A stretch of 56,940 nucleotides of DNA from Pirellulales bacterium (GTDB taxonomy: Bacteria > Planctomycetota > Planctomycetia > Pirellulales > UBA1268). Below the pieces are notes generated by a model. The model had not been told where the DNA came from. It made no database searches and saw only the letters and a list, made by a program, of their open reading frames with translations. The translations under genes and the position numbers were made by a program. Below, piece after piece: positions 15,442 through 24,384 of this stretch. Each line of letters begins with the position of its first letter. Position 1 is the first letter of the stretch. The stretch covers positions 1-56,940 of the forward strand of contig JBIIFB010000002.1 of the NCBI GenBank assembly GCA_044237545.1, given 5' to 3'.

Positions 15442-17055
15442 ATGACTACGGCCCCTTTGCTCCTGCTCATCTCGGCTCCCCCCATCGCTCTCTTGGCCGT
15501 CGGGTTCATTCCCAGCGGGTTTGCCAACCGGCATGCCCGAAGCATGCGTGCGGGAATCGTCACACTGATGGGCTTCTGCCTCGCGGCGGCAGTAGCCGCG
15601 GCGGGCCTGCTCATCGTCGGCGGACCGGTCGATCACGCATTCTGGGAAGCCCCCAGTCCGCTCCCGGTCAATATTGGCGTTTATTTCGACAGCCTGACCG
15701 CTGTGATGTGTCTGCTGATCAGCTTCGTGGGCTTGGTGATCGCTCGCTTTTCCGTGCGGTACCTCGATGGAGATGCGGCGCAGGGCAGCTTCTTTCGCTG
15801 GCTTTCGTTCACTGTCGGTGCAGTGCTCCTGATGGTCGTATCCCGAAACCTGATCATGTTCACCGGCGCCTGGATGCTCACCAGCATCGGACTGCACCAA
15901 CTGCTCGAACACTACCCTGATCGGCCCTGGGCAATCTGGGCGGCCCGCAAGAAGCTTGTCATCAGCCGTCTTGGCGACGTCATGCTCATATCAGCGCTCG
16001 CGCTGACGTTCTGGTGCTTCGGCAGTTCCGACTACAGCGTGGTATTCGCCAAGGCTGACGCCCTGCGGAAGGCATCCGCCGACGGTGAGCTCATGGTTTC
16101 GCTGATCGGCCTGCTCTATGTGCTCGGGGCAATGACGAAATCAGCCCAATTCCCATTCCACAGCTGGCTGCCCGACACGATGGAATCCCCCACGCCGGTG
16201 TCTGCACTGATGCATGCGGGCATCATCAATGCCGGCGGATTCCTCGTGATTCGCCTCAGTCCGCTGGTGTCACTGTCTCACGTAGCACTCGACGTTCTGG
16301 CCGTGGTTGGCGCATTCACCGCACTGTTCGGCGGTTTGGTCATGCTCTGCCAGACGAGTATCAAACGATCCCTGGCATTCTCCACCATAGCCCAGATGGG
16401 TTTCATGATGCTGCAATGCGGCATGGGGGCCTTCTCGGCGGCCTTGCTCCACATCGTCGCCCATTCGCTGTACAAGTCGCATGCATTCCTGACCGTCGGC
16501 AGCGTGCTCGATGCTGCAGCGCGTTTGAAGACCGACTCGCGACCGAGCACCACGGGCCTTGCATCGATGACCGCGCTCGGGGTCGCAAGTGGCATTGCTT
16601 TCGGGTTGAGCATGCTGGCGATCACACTGACGGGCTCCGACCCCGCAACGAAACCTGGCGGACTCGTACTGAATCTGGTGATGGGCATGGCGATGACGAC
16701 GTTGATCTGGCATGCACTCGTCGCCGGTTCATGGAAGATCTCCCTCGTTGGCATCGGTGCTGCCATGGTCGTCAACGGTGCGTACTACGCGGCCTACCTC
16801 GCGATTGACCGCCTCCTGTTGGCCTCGTCGGTGACACACGAAATGGTGCCGCCGTCATTCCTTCATCTGATCGTGATCGGCATGGTCGTCATCGGATTTC
16901 TCGGCGTCTTTGCCCTTCAGACAGCGGCCTCGTCACTGGCTCGATCCCCGGTCATTCGGGCGCTCTATGTCCACGCCGCCAATGGTTTTTACTGCGACAT
17001 TCCCGCGCGGCAGATTACGGCCCGCATCTGGGGCCTCACCACGCCGGTGCCATGA
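15442..17055 (+). CDS. dabB: DabB, NuoL/MnhA-type proton-conducting membrane subunit of the DAB inorganic-carbon pump
   Basis: 537 aa and polytopic. KSAQFPFHSWLPDTMESPTPVSALMHAGIINAGGFL is the NuoL/Mrp-antiporter core. The gene is immediately followed by a DUF2309/DabA gene. Confidence 0.85.
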   Translation: MTTAPLLLLISAPPIALLAVGFIPSGFANRHARSMRAGIVTLMGFCLAAAVAAAGLLIVGGPVDHAFWEAPSPLPVNIGVYFDSLTAVMCLLISFVGLVIARFSVRYLDGDAAQGSFFRWLSFTVGAVLLMVVSRNLIMFTGAWMLTSIGLHQLLEHYPDRPWAIWAARKKLVISRLGDVMLISALALTFWCFGSSDYSVVFAKADALRKASADGELMVSLIGLLYVLGAMTKSAQFPFHSWLPDTMESPTPVSALMHAGIINAGGFLVIRLSPLVSLSHVALDVLAVVGAFTALFGGLVMLCQTSIKRSLAFSTIAQMGFMMLQCGMGAFSAALLHIVAHSLYKSHAFLTVGSVLDAAARLKTDSRPSTTGLASMTALGVASGIAFGLSMLAITLTGSDPATKPGGLVLNLVMGMAMTTLIWHALVAGSWKISLVGIGAAMVVNGAYYAAYLAIDRLLLASSVTHEMVPPSFLHLIVIGMVVIGFLGVFALQTAASSLARSPVIRALYVHAANGFYCDIPARQITARIWGLTTPVP

Positions 17056-17115
17056 GCGGCCGTCGTCTTTCCGAACTTCTGACCCCCTGCGTTTTCGCCC
17101 TCAGGAGACCCCGCA

Positions 17116-19743
17116 ATGACTCCGTCCACACCGATGCCGAACACCACACCCGCTTCCCGTCTCTCCCAGACCGATTCGATTCCTTCGTCGATCGAACGCA
17201 TCACCGGGGTGATCAGCGACGTCTGTTTGGTTGTGCCGCCGGTATGGCCGCTCAAAGACTACGTAGCGGTCAACCCGTTCCTTGGCCTGTCGCAACGCCG
17301 TTTTCTCGAAGCGCGGCAGACCTTGAGCGCCGTGCGCACCTGCGACATGCTGCTGCCGGCAGCTCATTTTCTCCGGCTCTTCGAACAGGGCGATATCACC
17401 ACGCACGATGTCGAGGACGCCTTCCGGCAGTGTGCCACGGAGTACCCGGATTTCTATGTTGGCCGCGATCCGCTCGATTTTGCGCAGGCGCTCGCTGCCG
17501 GCGCGGCAACTGAGGCATCCCTCCCTGGGGCGGCTGGACCGATCGCCGAGCGTCACTACCACACAGTGAGCGAGGCAATCGACGCGAGACTGGGCAGTAG
17601 TTGGTCCAGCCACGTGATCACCGACATCTCCCGTCACTGTGCGTCCCACTACGATCAAGGTCAGGCCGCATGGCAAAACCCCTGGAAACATCTGCCGCTC
17701 TTTGAGGCCTGGATGGAGTCATCGCGGATCAGCCGCCGCATGGATTTGCTCGGCATCAAGGAATTCCGCCGCTTTGTCGCCGCGCTCCCAGCCGAACCAG
17801 ATGTCGCGATCGTCAGCCTGCTCGAACAGTTGGCGATCCCCGAGAAGCACTGGAAGCCTTTTCTGCTCTGCCAGATTCTCTCCGTGGCGGGATGGGCGTC
17901 GTTTTTGAGATATCGGCAATGGGTGGCAGCGGCGGCCGACCCGGCGACTCAGGATGAGCACCTTGTCGGACTGCTGGCGATGCGCCTGGCCTACGATGTG
18001 GCCCTGGCCCAGACCTATCCTGACGAGGTCACGGCACCAGGCAGCCTCTTTCCTGTTGGCGAAGCGGACATCGCTGACATCAGACCTTCGACAGCTGTTC
18101 TGGCGCGGTACCTGTTTCAGGTGGCTGCGGAAACCGCCTACCGGCGAGGGCTCTGCGGTTCGCTCCTATCGCAAAAGCCTGCCGGAGCCGGTCGCCGTTC
18201 CCCAGAGGCTGGCAATCCGGCGACGACTCGCAAGACTCTCCAGATGATCTTCTGCATCGACGTGAGATCGGAGGTGTTTCGGCGACACCTGGAGGCGGCG
18301 AGCCGCGACGTTGAAACCTTCGGGTTTGCCGGCTTCTTCGGAATGTCACTGGAGTTCGTACCACTGGGGGCGTCGTACGGCCCATCCCAGTGCCCGGTGC
18401 TGCTCACTCCCGGTTTCCGGGTGCACGAGCGGATCACGACGGGCTCCGACTCGCTGAATGCGCAAGCGGTTGGCCGCCGTCACCTGCTCCGGCGGGGTCG
18501 CAAGGTCTGGAAATCATTTCAGACCTCCGCCACCTCATGCTTTTCCTTTGTGGAGTCGCTTGGCCTGCTCTACCTGCCAAAGCTGCTTGGTGACTCGTTC
18601 GGTCTGACGCGGCCGGTGCTTCGCGCCAACACAGATGGTGTGCCCTCGCGGGATCTCGCCCACCTTGGCCCCGACCTCCGTGCCCCCGGCCCCGACGCAC
18701 TCGTCCTCGAGCGGAAGGTCGAGTTGGCCGCGGGCATGCTGCGGAACCTCGGTCTCATGCGGGATTTCGCACGGATTGTCGCCGTCTGCGGCCATGTCTC
18801 GGACGTGGTCAACAACCCCTACCAGGCAGGGCTCGATTGCGGCGCCTGCGGTGGGCACTCGGGCGAGTCGAACGCCCGCGTGTCGGCCGCATTGCTCAAC
18901 GACCCTCAGGTACGGGCCGGTCTGGCCAGCCGCGGCGTCGTCATACCCGAAGACACATGGTTTGTGCCGGCGGTCCACAACACCACAACCGATCAGATTC
19001 GGTTTTTCGACATCGATAGTCTGCCCGCCAGCCATCAGGCCGAGTTTCAAAAGGTTCAATCCTGGCTCGCGACAGCAGGGGCAGACACGCGTCTGGAGCG
19101 GAGCCTCCGGATGGGCTTCGATCCCGATGCAGTCGCGGCGAGTGAGTTGGGCCCCGATGCCAAGGCCGCTCGAAAAGAACGCATGGACGATATTTTCCGC
19201 AGGAGCCGCGACTGGTCTGAGGTGAGGCCGGAGTGGGGGCTGGCCGGAAACGCGGCATTCATCGTGGCGCCACGGTCGCGTACTGTCGGACTGAACCTCG
19301 GCGGTCGCACGTTCATGCACAGCTATGACCACGCCAAGGATCCTGAGCTCAAGGTGCTCGAACTGATCATGACCGCTCCGATGATCGTGACCAGCTGGAT
19401 CAATCTCCAGTATTACGGCTCGGCGGTCGACAATCGGGCCTTCGGAAGCGGCAACAAGCTGATCCACAACGTGACGTCCCAGTTGGGGGTGCTGCTGGGC
19501 AACGGCGGTGATCTTATGACGGGTCTGCCCTGGCAATCTGTCTCGGACGGTGTCCGTCTTCAGCACGATCCGCTGCGGCTGCTGGTGCTGATCGAAGCGC
19601 CGCGTGCCGCGGTTCAAACGATGATCGAAAAACATGCGGGTGTCAGGGATCTGGTCACGAACGGCTGGCTCTCGCTCGTCGTTCGCGAGGGCGACACCTT
19701 CCACCGCTGGACAGCCGACCAGACCTGGCAGGCGGACGTGTGA
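17116..19743 (+). CDS. dabA: DabA (DUF2309/UPF0753), beta-carbonic-anhydrase-like subunit of the DAB pump
   Basis: 875 aa. QMIFCIDVRSEVFRRHLE and VAVCGHVSDVVNNPYQAGLDCGACGGHSG match the DabA C-x-D ... H-x14-C putative Zn site. AGGAG lies 8 nt upstream of the ATG at 17116. Confidence 0.9.
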   Translation: MTPSTPMPNTTPASRLSQTDSIPSSIERITGVISDVCLVVPPVWPLKDYVAVNPFLGLSQRRFLEARQTLSAVRTCDMLLPAAHFLRLFEQGDITTHDVEDAFRQCATEYPDFYVGRDPLDFAQALAAGAATEASLPGAAGPIAERHYHTVSEAIDARLGSSWSSHVITDISRHCASHYDQGQAAWQNPWKHLPLFEAWMESSRISRRMDLLGIKEFRRFVAALPAEPDVAIVSLLEQLAIPEKHWKPFLLCQILSVAGWASFLRYRQWVAAAADPATQDEHLVGLLAMRLAYDVALAQTYPDEVTAPGSLFPVGEADIADIRPSTAVLARYLFQVAAETAYRRGLCGSLLSQKPAGAGRRSPEAGNPATTRKTLQMIFCIDVRSEVFRRHLEAASRDVETFGFAGFFGMSLEFVPLGASYGPSQCPVLLTPGFRVHERITTGSDSLNAQAVGRRHLLRRGRKVWKSFQTSATSCFSFVESLGLLYLPKLLGDSFGLTRPVLRANTDGVPSRDLAHLGPDLRAPGPDALVLERKVELAAGMLRNLGLMRDFARIVAVCGHVSDVVNNPYQAGLDCGACGGHSGESNARVSAALLNDPQVRAGLASRGVVIPEDTWFVPAVHNTTTDQIRFFDIDSLPASHQAEFQKVQSWLATAGADTRLERSLRMGFDPDAVAASELGPDAKAARKERMDDIFRRSRDWSEVRPEWGLAGNAAFIVAPRSRTVGLNLGGRTFMHSYDHAKDPELKVLELIMTAPMIVTSWINLQYYGSAVDNRAFGSGNKLIHNVTSQLGVLLGNGGDLMTGLPWQSVSDGVRLQHDPLRLLVLIEAPRAAVQTMIEKHAGVRDLVTNGWLSLVVREGDTFHRWTADQTWQADV

Positions 19744-19890
19744 CGGAGCGGTCCCAAGCCGCATCTCCCTCTGTCCGAGGGGTATGGTGGCCGATTTGAC
19801 AATCGTTGGCATTGCCTTAGTCTTTTGCTGTAGTCCTACAGCATCCAGACCTCGCCCCCGCCAACGGATCGCGCCACCGCGAAGTCACTC

Positions 19891-20139
19891 ATGTACGACG
19901 AGGAAATCCACGACATTCTGGCATCTCACGCAGAGCGTCTGATACGGGCCGTGGTTATGGCGGCCTTGCTCGGCATCGCCGTCTACGCTGTTGTGTCCTG
20001 GATGCCGGACGTTTCGACGTTTGCATCGAAATCGATCACGACTCTTAGAATAGCCGCTCGCACAACGTCCACGGCTGCCCGTCAGGCCGGCGGGGCGATC
20101 GCCACCGCCGCACACGATGGCTGGAACGCGGGTGAGTAG
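19891..20139 (+). CDS. hypothetical small membrane protein
   Basis: 82-aa ATG ORF with one clear TM helix (VVMAALLGIAVYAVVSW) and moderate third-position GC. No homology recognised. Confidence 0.35.
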   Translation: MYDEEIHDILASHAERLIRAVVMAALLGIAVYAVVSWMPDVSTFASKSITTLRIAARTTSTAARQAGGAIATAAHDGWNAGE

Positions 20140-20250
20140 ATGTTGCCCCGGCTCTCTGTGACATGATCCGTGGCGTGATCCGTGTCCCGAGCCCCGTTTG
20201 CCCTGGCCATCATCTCCCGTATTTCCGCCCCCTCACTCTCAGGATCGTGC

Positions 20251-22401
20251 ATGCTGGGGCTTGAACGGATCGGCGTCCAATCGAGGTTTATCCTCCTGAT
20301 GCTGCTGGTCAGCCTGGGATCGATCCTCGCGATCGGCTGGGTCGGCTACCAGTCGGCTCACTCGGCGATCACGTACGCCGTCAATAACCACCTGCAGAGC
20401 GTAAGGCATGCAAAAACCAGCGGTCTGCTGGCCATGCTCGAATCGCTCCGCGACCAGGTGGTTGCATTGTCGGACGGCAAACTGGCTGCGGAGTCCATGG
20501 CCGGGTTTCGACAGGCATACCGTGGACTATCAGACGAAACGCTCACCCCCGAAGAGGAACAGGCCTTACGGGACTACTACGCAAACGACTACCTGCCCGC
20601 ACTCCGAGAAACACTGGGGGGCAATCCACAGACCGCTCAGTATCTTCCCGATGAGCCCGCCCAGCGGTATCTGCAATACCACTATGTCGCCAAGCCCACC
20701 GATGTCGCCAAGCCCACCGATGCGCCGGCAACCGACGTGCCGACACAAGCGACCACACCTGCCAGCACGGGCGACGACTCCATCTACGGCCGCACCCATG
20801 CCGCCGTCCACGAGCGGCTCGAGCGGCTTGGAACGCTGTTTGGCTACGAAGACATTCTGCTCATCGACGACGACACGCTCGAGATCGTCTATACGCTTTG
20901 CAAGCGGCCCGATTTTGCCACCAATCTGCGAAACGGCCCCTATGCCTCGACAAATCTTGCCAAGGCGGTCGCGATCCTGGCACGCGACCGCGACCGCGAT
21001 ACCTTCAAGGTCGTCGATACCGAACTCTACCGCCCTGCTCTGGGCCGACCCGTGGGCTTCGTGCTCTCCCCCATCTTCGACGGGCCGGAGATGATTGGCA
21101 TTCTGGCGCTGGAGTTTCCCATCGACCGGATCGTCAATCTTCTCAGCGGTAATAACCAATGGGAGCGGGAGGGGATGGGAAAGACTGGGGAATGCTACGT
21201 GGTGGGTCCCGATTTCACGATGCGGAGCCGGAGCCGATTCATGGTCGAGGATCCCAAGGGCTTTGTGGAATCCCTGCGGACCTCCTCGCTGACCGCTTCG
21301 ATCGTCGACCAGATCGAGCGGCAACAGACGGTGATCAATCAATTGCCCGTGAAGACCCCCAGCGTTGAAGAGGCGTTGCTCGGCCGCCAGGGCCTGACCA
21401 CGGTCCGCGACTACCGCGGGATTCCAGTCATCAGCTCCTACGGACCGCTCGACCTCAATTCCCTGCGCTGGGCGGTGGTAGCCGAGATGGACATGGCCGA
21501 AGCCTATAAGCCGATCGACGACTACGCGCGGAGGGCGGTGCTGACGACAACCGCCCTGGCCTTGGTGACCACGCTCTTGGCACTGGTGAGCTCCTGGCTG
21601 CTGGTGCGGCCACTCAAGCAACTCGCCGCCGCCGCTCGCAGAATTGGTGCCGGCGAGACGGCCGTGAGCGTCGACCTCAATACCCGCGACGAATTCGGTG
21701 AACTCGCCCGCGTGTTCAACGATATGTCCGCCAGCCTGCGGCATCAGCGGGTCGAACTCGAGGAAAAGGCGAGGGAAAACCAGGAGCTCCTGCTCAACAT
21801 CCTGCCGGCCGCGGCGATCGAGCAGCGGCGCGACGGCGATGAGCGGGCGACACGGCAGTTTGCCGATGTCACGGTGCTGGTGGCCGAGTTCGGGGGTCTC
21901 GATGCTATTGGCGGCCGCGGCAATGACAGCCGCTCCATGTCGCTCCTGGGCGATCTCGTGGCCGCCTGCGACGAGGCCGCGGAGCGATGTGGCGTGGAAA
22001 AAGTCCGGGCCGTGGGGGCCATGTATCTGGCTGTCTGCGGCCTGTCGGTGAGCCGACCCGACCACGCCGCCCGGGCCATGCTCTTCGCACGGGAGCTCGC
22101 ACAGATCGTGTCCGCCTTCGACCGCGAGCACGGCGCCCCGCTGACGCTCTCCGTCGGCATCAACTCAGGGCCCGTCGTGGGGGGCGTGGTGGGCCGTCAT
22201 AAGTTTCTCTACGACCTCTGGGGAGACACCGTTGCCATCGCCTCGCGGCTGGCAGCCCACGACGGAGGCGTCATCCACGTCACCGAGTCTGTCCATGCCC
22301 GGCTCAGCGACCTGTACAGCTTCGAAGGCCCGATCGACGTGGAGCTCCGCGGACAGGGAATCGTGAAGACCTGGCGGCTCGCGATTCCGACGGAGGCGTG
22401 A
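20251..22401 (+). CDS. membrane-bound class III adenylate/guanylate cyclase with periplasmic sensor and HAMP domain
   Basis: I prefer the ATG at 20251 (MLGLERIGVQSRFILLMLLVSLGSILAIGW, TM1) over the GTG at 20182. A second TM is followed by the HAMP segment (LVRPLKQLAAAARRIG...FNDMSASL). The cyclase core is FADVTVLVAEFGG, KVRAVGAMYLAVCGL and GINSGPVVGGVVGRHKFLYDLWGDTVAIASRL. Confidence 0.85.
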   Translation: MLGLERIGVQSRFILLMLLVSLGSILAIGWVGYQSAHSAITYAVNNHLQSVRHAKTSGLLAMLESLRDQVVALSDGKLAAESMAGFRQAYRGLSDETLTPEEEQALRDYYANDYLPALRETLGGNPQTAQYLPDEPAQRYLQYHYVAKPTDVAKPTDAPATDVPTQATTPASTGDDSIYGRTHAAVHERLERLGTLFGYEDILLIDDDTLEIVYTLCKRPDFATNLRNGPYASTNLAKAVAILARDRDRDTFKVVDTELYRPALGRPVGFVLSPIFDGPEMIGILALEFPIDRIVNLLSGNNQWEREGMGKTGECYVVGPDFTMRSRSRFMVEDPKGFVESLRTSSLTASIVDQIERQQTVINQLPVKTPSVEEALLGRQGLTTVRDYRGIPVISSYGPLDLNSLRWAVVAEMDMAEAYKPIDDYARRAVLTTTALALVTTLLALVSSWLLVRPLKQLAAAARRIGAGETAVSVDLNTRDEFGELARVFNDMSASLRHQRVELEEKARENQELLLNILPAAAIEQRRDGDERATRQFADVTVLVAEFGGLDAIGGRGNDSRSMSLLGDLVAACDEAAERCGVEKVRAVGAMYLAVCGLSVSRPDHAARAMLFARELAQIVSAFDREHGAPLTLSVGINSGPVVGGVVGRHKFLYDLWGDTVAIASRLAAHDGGVIHVTESVHARLSDLYSFEGPIDVELRGQGIVKTWRLAIPTEA
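20686..20721 (+). repeat. perfect 18-bp in-frame tandem duplication inside the cyclase sensor domain
   Basis: gtcgccaagcccaccgat occurs twice (20686-20703 and 20704-20721) and encodes VAKPTD-VAKPTD. Confidence 0.95.
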
Positions 22402-22411
22402 CTGCCGCACC

Positions 22412-23917
22412 ATGACCGATCCCTCCGCTCTCGTGACGGTTCCCTACGTGCCCGCGGCCCTGCTGGTGGTGGGATTTCCGTTGCTGCTCCTGCTGCTCAC
22501 GGAACTTGCCAACTCCGGCCAGCGGCGGCACTGGTCGCTGACGCCGACACTGCGGGCGGTCCGCAACCTGGTGGTGCCCTCGCTCGCCGTCATGCTGTTT
22601 GTGACGGAGGTCTGGCAGCAGCCCGCCGACGCCTTTTTTGTCCGGCTGGTGAAAACCGCATTCTGGCTCTGCGTGCTCTACGCTGCGCTCACGTTCATCA
22701 ACGACGGCGTCTTCGGCACGGTCCGGCGTGGTTCGTGGCAGGAGCGGGTCCCCAAACTGCTCCGCGATCTGACGCGTGCTCTCCTGATCGCCATCGGCGC
22801 CGCGATCATCTATTCGCAGGTCTGGAACCAGGAAATCTCAGGCGCACTCACGGCCCTCGGGCTCGGCAGCATCGTGATCGGGCTGGCGCTTCAGGAACCA
22901 CTCGGCAACATCGTCTCGGGCCTGATGCTGCTCCTCGAGCGGCCGCTCGCCATCGGCGACTGGCTGATCGCCGACGGCACGACCGGCAAGGTGATCGAGA
23001 TCAACTGGAGGAGCGTGCACATGGAGACGTTGCTGCACGAGATGCGGATCATTCCCAATGTCTCGCTCTACAAGGAATCCTTCAGCAACCTTTCCCGGCC
23101 GACCTTCGAGCGGACGGAAACCTATGACATGGGCTTCTCCTACGACCATCCCCCCAATGCGGTGAAGCAGGCGATGCTCGACCTCCTTGAGGCGACGCCC
23201 GGCGTTCTGCGTCAACCGCCGCCCGAGGTGCATACACTCGGTTACGGCGACTTCTCGATCACCTACCGGCTGTTTTTCACTGTCGCCCGCTATGAAGACG
23301 TGCTGCCGGTCCGCGACGCAATCCTGAGCCGAATCTGGTACGTCGCCCGCCGCCATGGGCTCCAGATTCCGTTCCCGATCGCCATGGAGTATCGGCCCAG
23401 CGAATCCCCCTCCCCGCCACCCCCGACCCCCGAGCAACTCCTCGACCGGTTTCCACGGTATCGCCACGTCAGGCAGGCCATGCTCGACGCGGCGGCGCGA
23501 CGGGAGCGCGCGGCCAACGGCGCCGTGAACCCCGACGCCGTTCGGGAGGCCGCCCGCACGCTGACCTTTTTTGCCGGCGAGGAGATCATTCCCTTTGGAG
23601 GCACCCAGCATGGCTTTTCCCTGGTCGTCTCCGGAAAAGCAGCGATGTCGGCGGCCGATGCCGACGGCCGGGAGGTGCGGATGGCTGACCTCGGCCCCGG
23701 TGATTTCTTCGGCGAGGCGACGATCTCCGCAGGCCGCCCCAGCGAGGTGCAGATCGTGGCCGAGTCGGATGTGACCGTCGTGGCATTCGATCCCGGGGTG
23801 ATGGCAGAATGCCTGCAGTCTTCCAGCGGACTCGCAACCGAGGTCGGGGATGCGATCGAGACGCGGCGGCGGGCCGCTGCCGCCATCAGGCAGCGCAAAA
23901 ACAGCCCGTCCAACTAG
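22412..23917 (+). CDS. MscS-family mechanosensitive channel with C-terminal cyclic-nucleotide-binding domain (bCNG type)
   Basis: The MscS pore and beta-domain region is LGLGSIVIGLALQEPLGNIVSGLMLLLERPLAIGDWLIADGTTGKVIEINWRSVHMET. The C-terminal cNMP-binding fold is FFAGEEIIPFGG...LGPGDFFGEATISAGRPSEVQIVAESDVTVVAF. The gene starts 10 nt after the cyclase stop. Confidence 0.85.
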   Translation: MTDPSALVTVPYVPAALLVVGFPLLLLLLTELANSGQRRHWSLTPTLRAVRNLVVPSLAVMLFVTEVWQQPADAFFVRLVKTAFWLCVLYAALTFINDGVFGTVRRGSWQERVPKLLRDLTRALLIAIGAAIIYSQVWNQEISGALTALGLGSIVIGLALQEPLGNIVSGLMLLLERPLAIGDWLIADGTTGKVIEINWRSVHMETLLHEMRIIPNVSLYKESFSNLSRPTFERTETYDMGFSYDHPPNAVKQAMLDLLEATPGVLRQPPPEVHTLGYGDFSITYRLFFTVARYEDVLPVRDAILSRIWYVARRHGLQIPFPIAMEYRPSESPSPPPPTPEQLLDRFPRYRHVRQAMLDAAARRERAANGAVNPDAVREAARTLTFFAGEEIIPFGGTQHGFSLVVSGKAAMSAADADGREVRMADLGPGDFFGEATISAGRPSEVQIVAESDVTVVAFDPGVMAECLQSSSGLATEVGDAIETRRRAAAAIRQRKNSPSN

Positions 23918-23993
23918 CCCGTCCAACTAGCCCGTCCAACTAGCCCGTCCAACGAGCCGGCCCAGCGAGCCAGTCCAGCGAGCCTGCCTGCCA
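23903..23993. repeat. 13-bp tandem repeat, about 7 units, spanning the channel stop codon
   Basis: agcccgtccaact occurs three times perfectly (23903-23941). The following units are progressively diverged: agcccgtccaacg, agccggcccagcg, agccagtccagcg, agcctgcctgcca. The TAG stop (23915-23917) straddles the junction of units 1 and 2. Confidence 0.85.
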
Positions 23994-24012
23994 GCAGGAC
24001 TGCGGGGCGGGT

Positions 24013-24117
24013 TCACTCCAGCGGAATCAGGACGCCCACATCCTCGTCGTCCTCGAAAGGATCGAAGTCGCCGTCAAACGGCCCGAAGGCTCCAGGGATG
24101 GTCGCGTGGGTGGGCAT
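24013..24117 (-). CDS. candidate 34-aa acidic micro-protein
   Basis: The ATG at 24117 is preceded by AAGGAG with a 10-nt spacer. The product is MPTHATIPGAFGPFDGDFDPFEDDEDVGVLIPLE, with GC-rich third positions. The ORF is too short for the ORF track. Confidence 0.3.
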   Translation of the reverse strand: MPTHATIPGAFGPFDGDFDPFEDDEDVGVLIPLE

Positions 24118-24384
24118 GGGTGGTGAACTCCTTGACCATCTAGTCCACACAGGCGCTGAGGCCGAATCAAATCGGCCCTCAAAGTGCCAAAATATGGGCT
24201 TTTTTTGCCCCCCTCCGCCGCCGGCACGCGACAGAATTCACCCCCTCCTTCGGGCGATCCATCCTGCGGGATCGCTCTGTCGCCGACCTTTCCTATACTG
24301 GCCTCTCATGGTTTGAATCACGTCGTTCCAACCTTCCACCTCCAATCCCGCCGCACCGTGCCGGCCTGTTCTCACACGCTTTCC

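Noticed and set aside
19790-19835. TTGACA hexamer (tttgacaatcgttggcattgccttagtctt) as promoter for the 19891 ORF or the cyclase
   Set aside because: The -35 is perfect, but no acceptable -10 (TAnnnT) lies at 16-19 nt spacing.
20566-22131. 521-aa antisense ORF across the adenylate cyclase gene
   Set aside because: No recognisable domain, and the composition is typical of antisense GC-rich frames. The sense strand carries HAMP and cyclase motifs.
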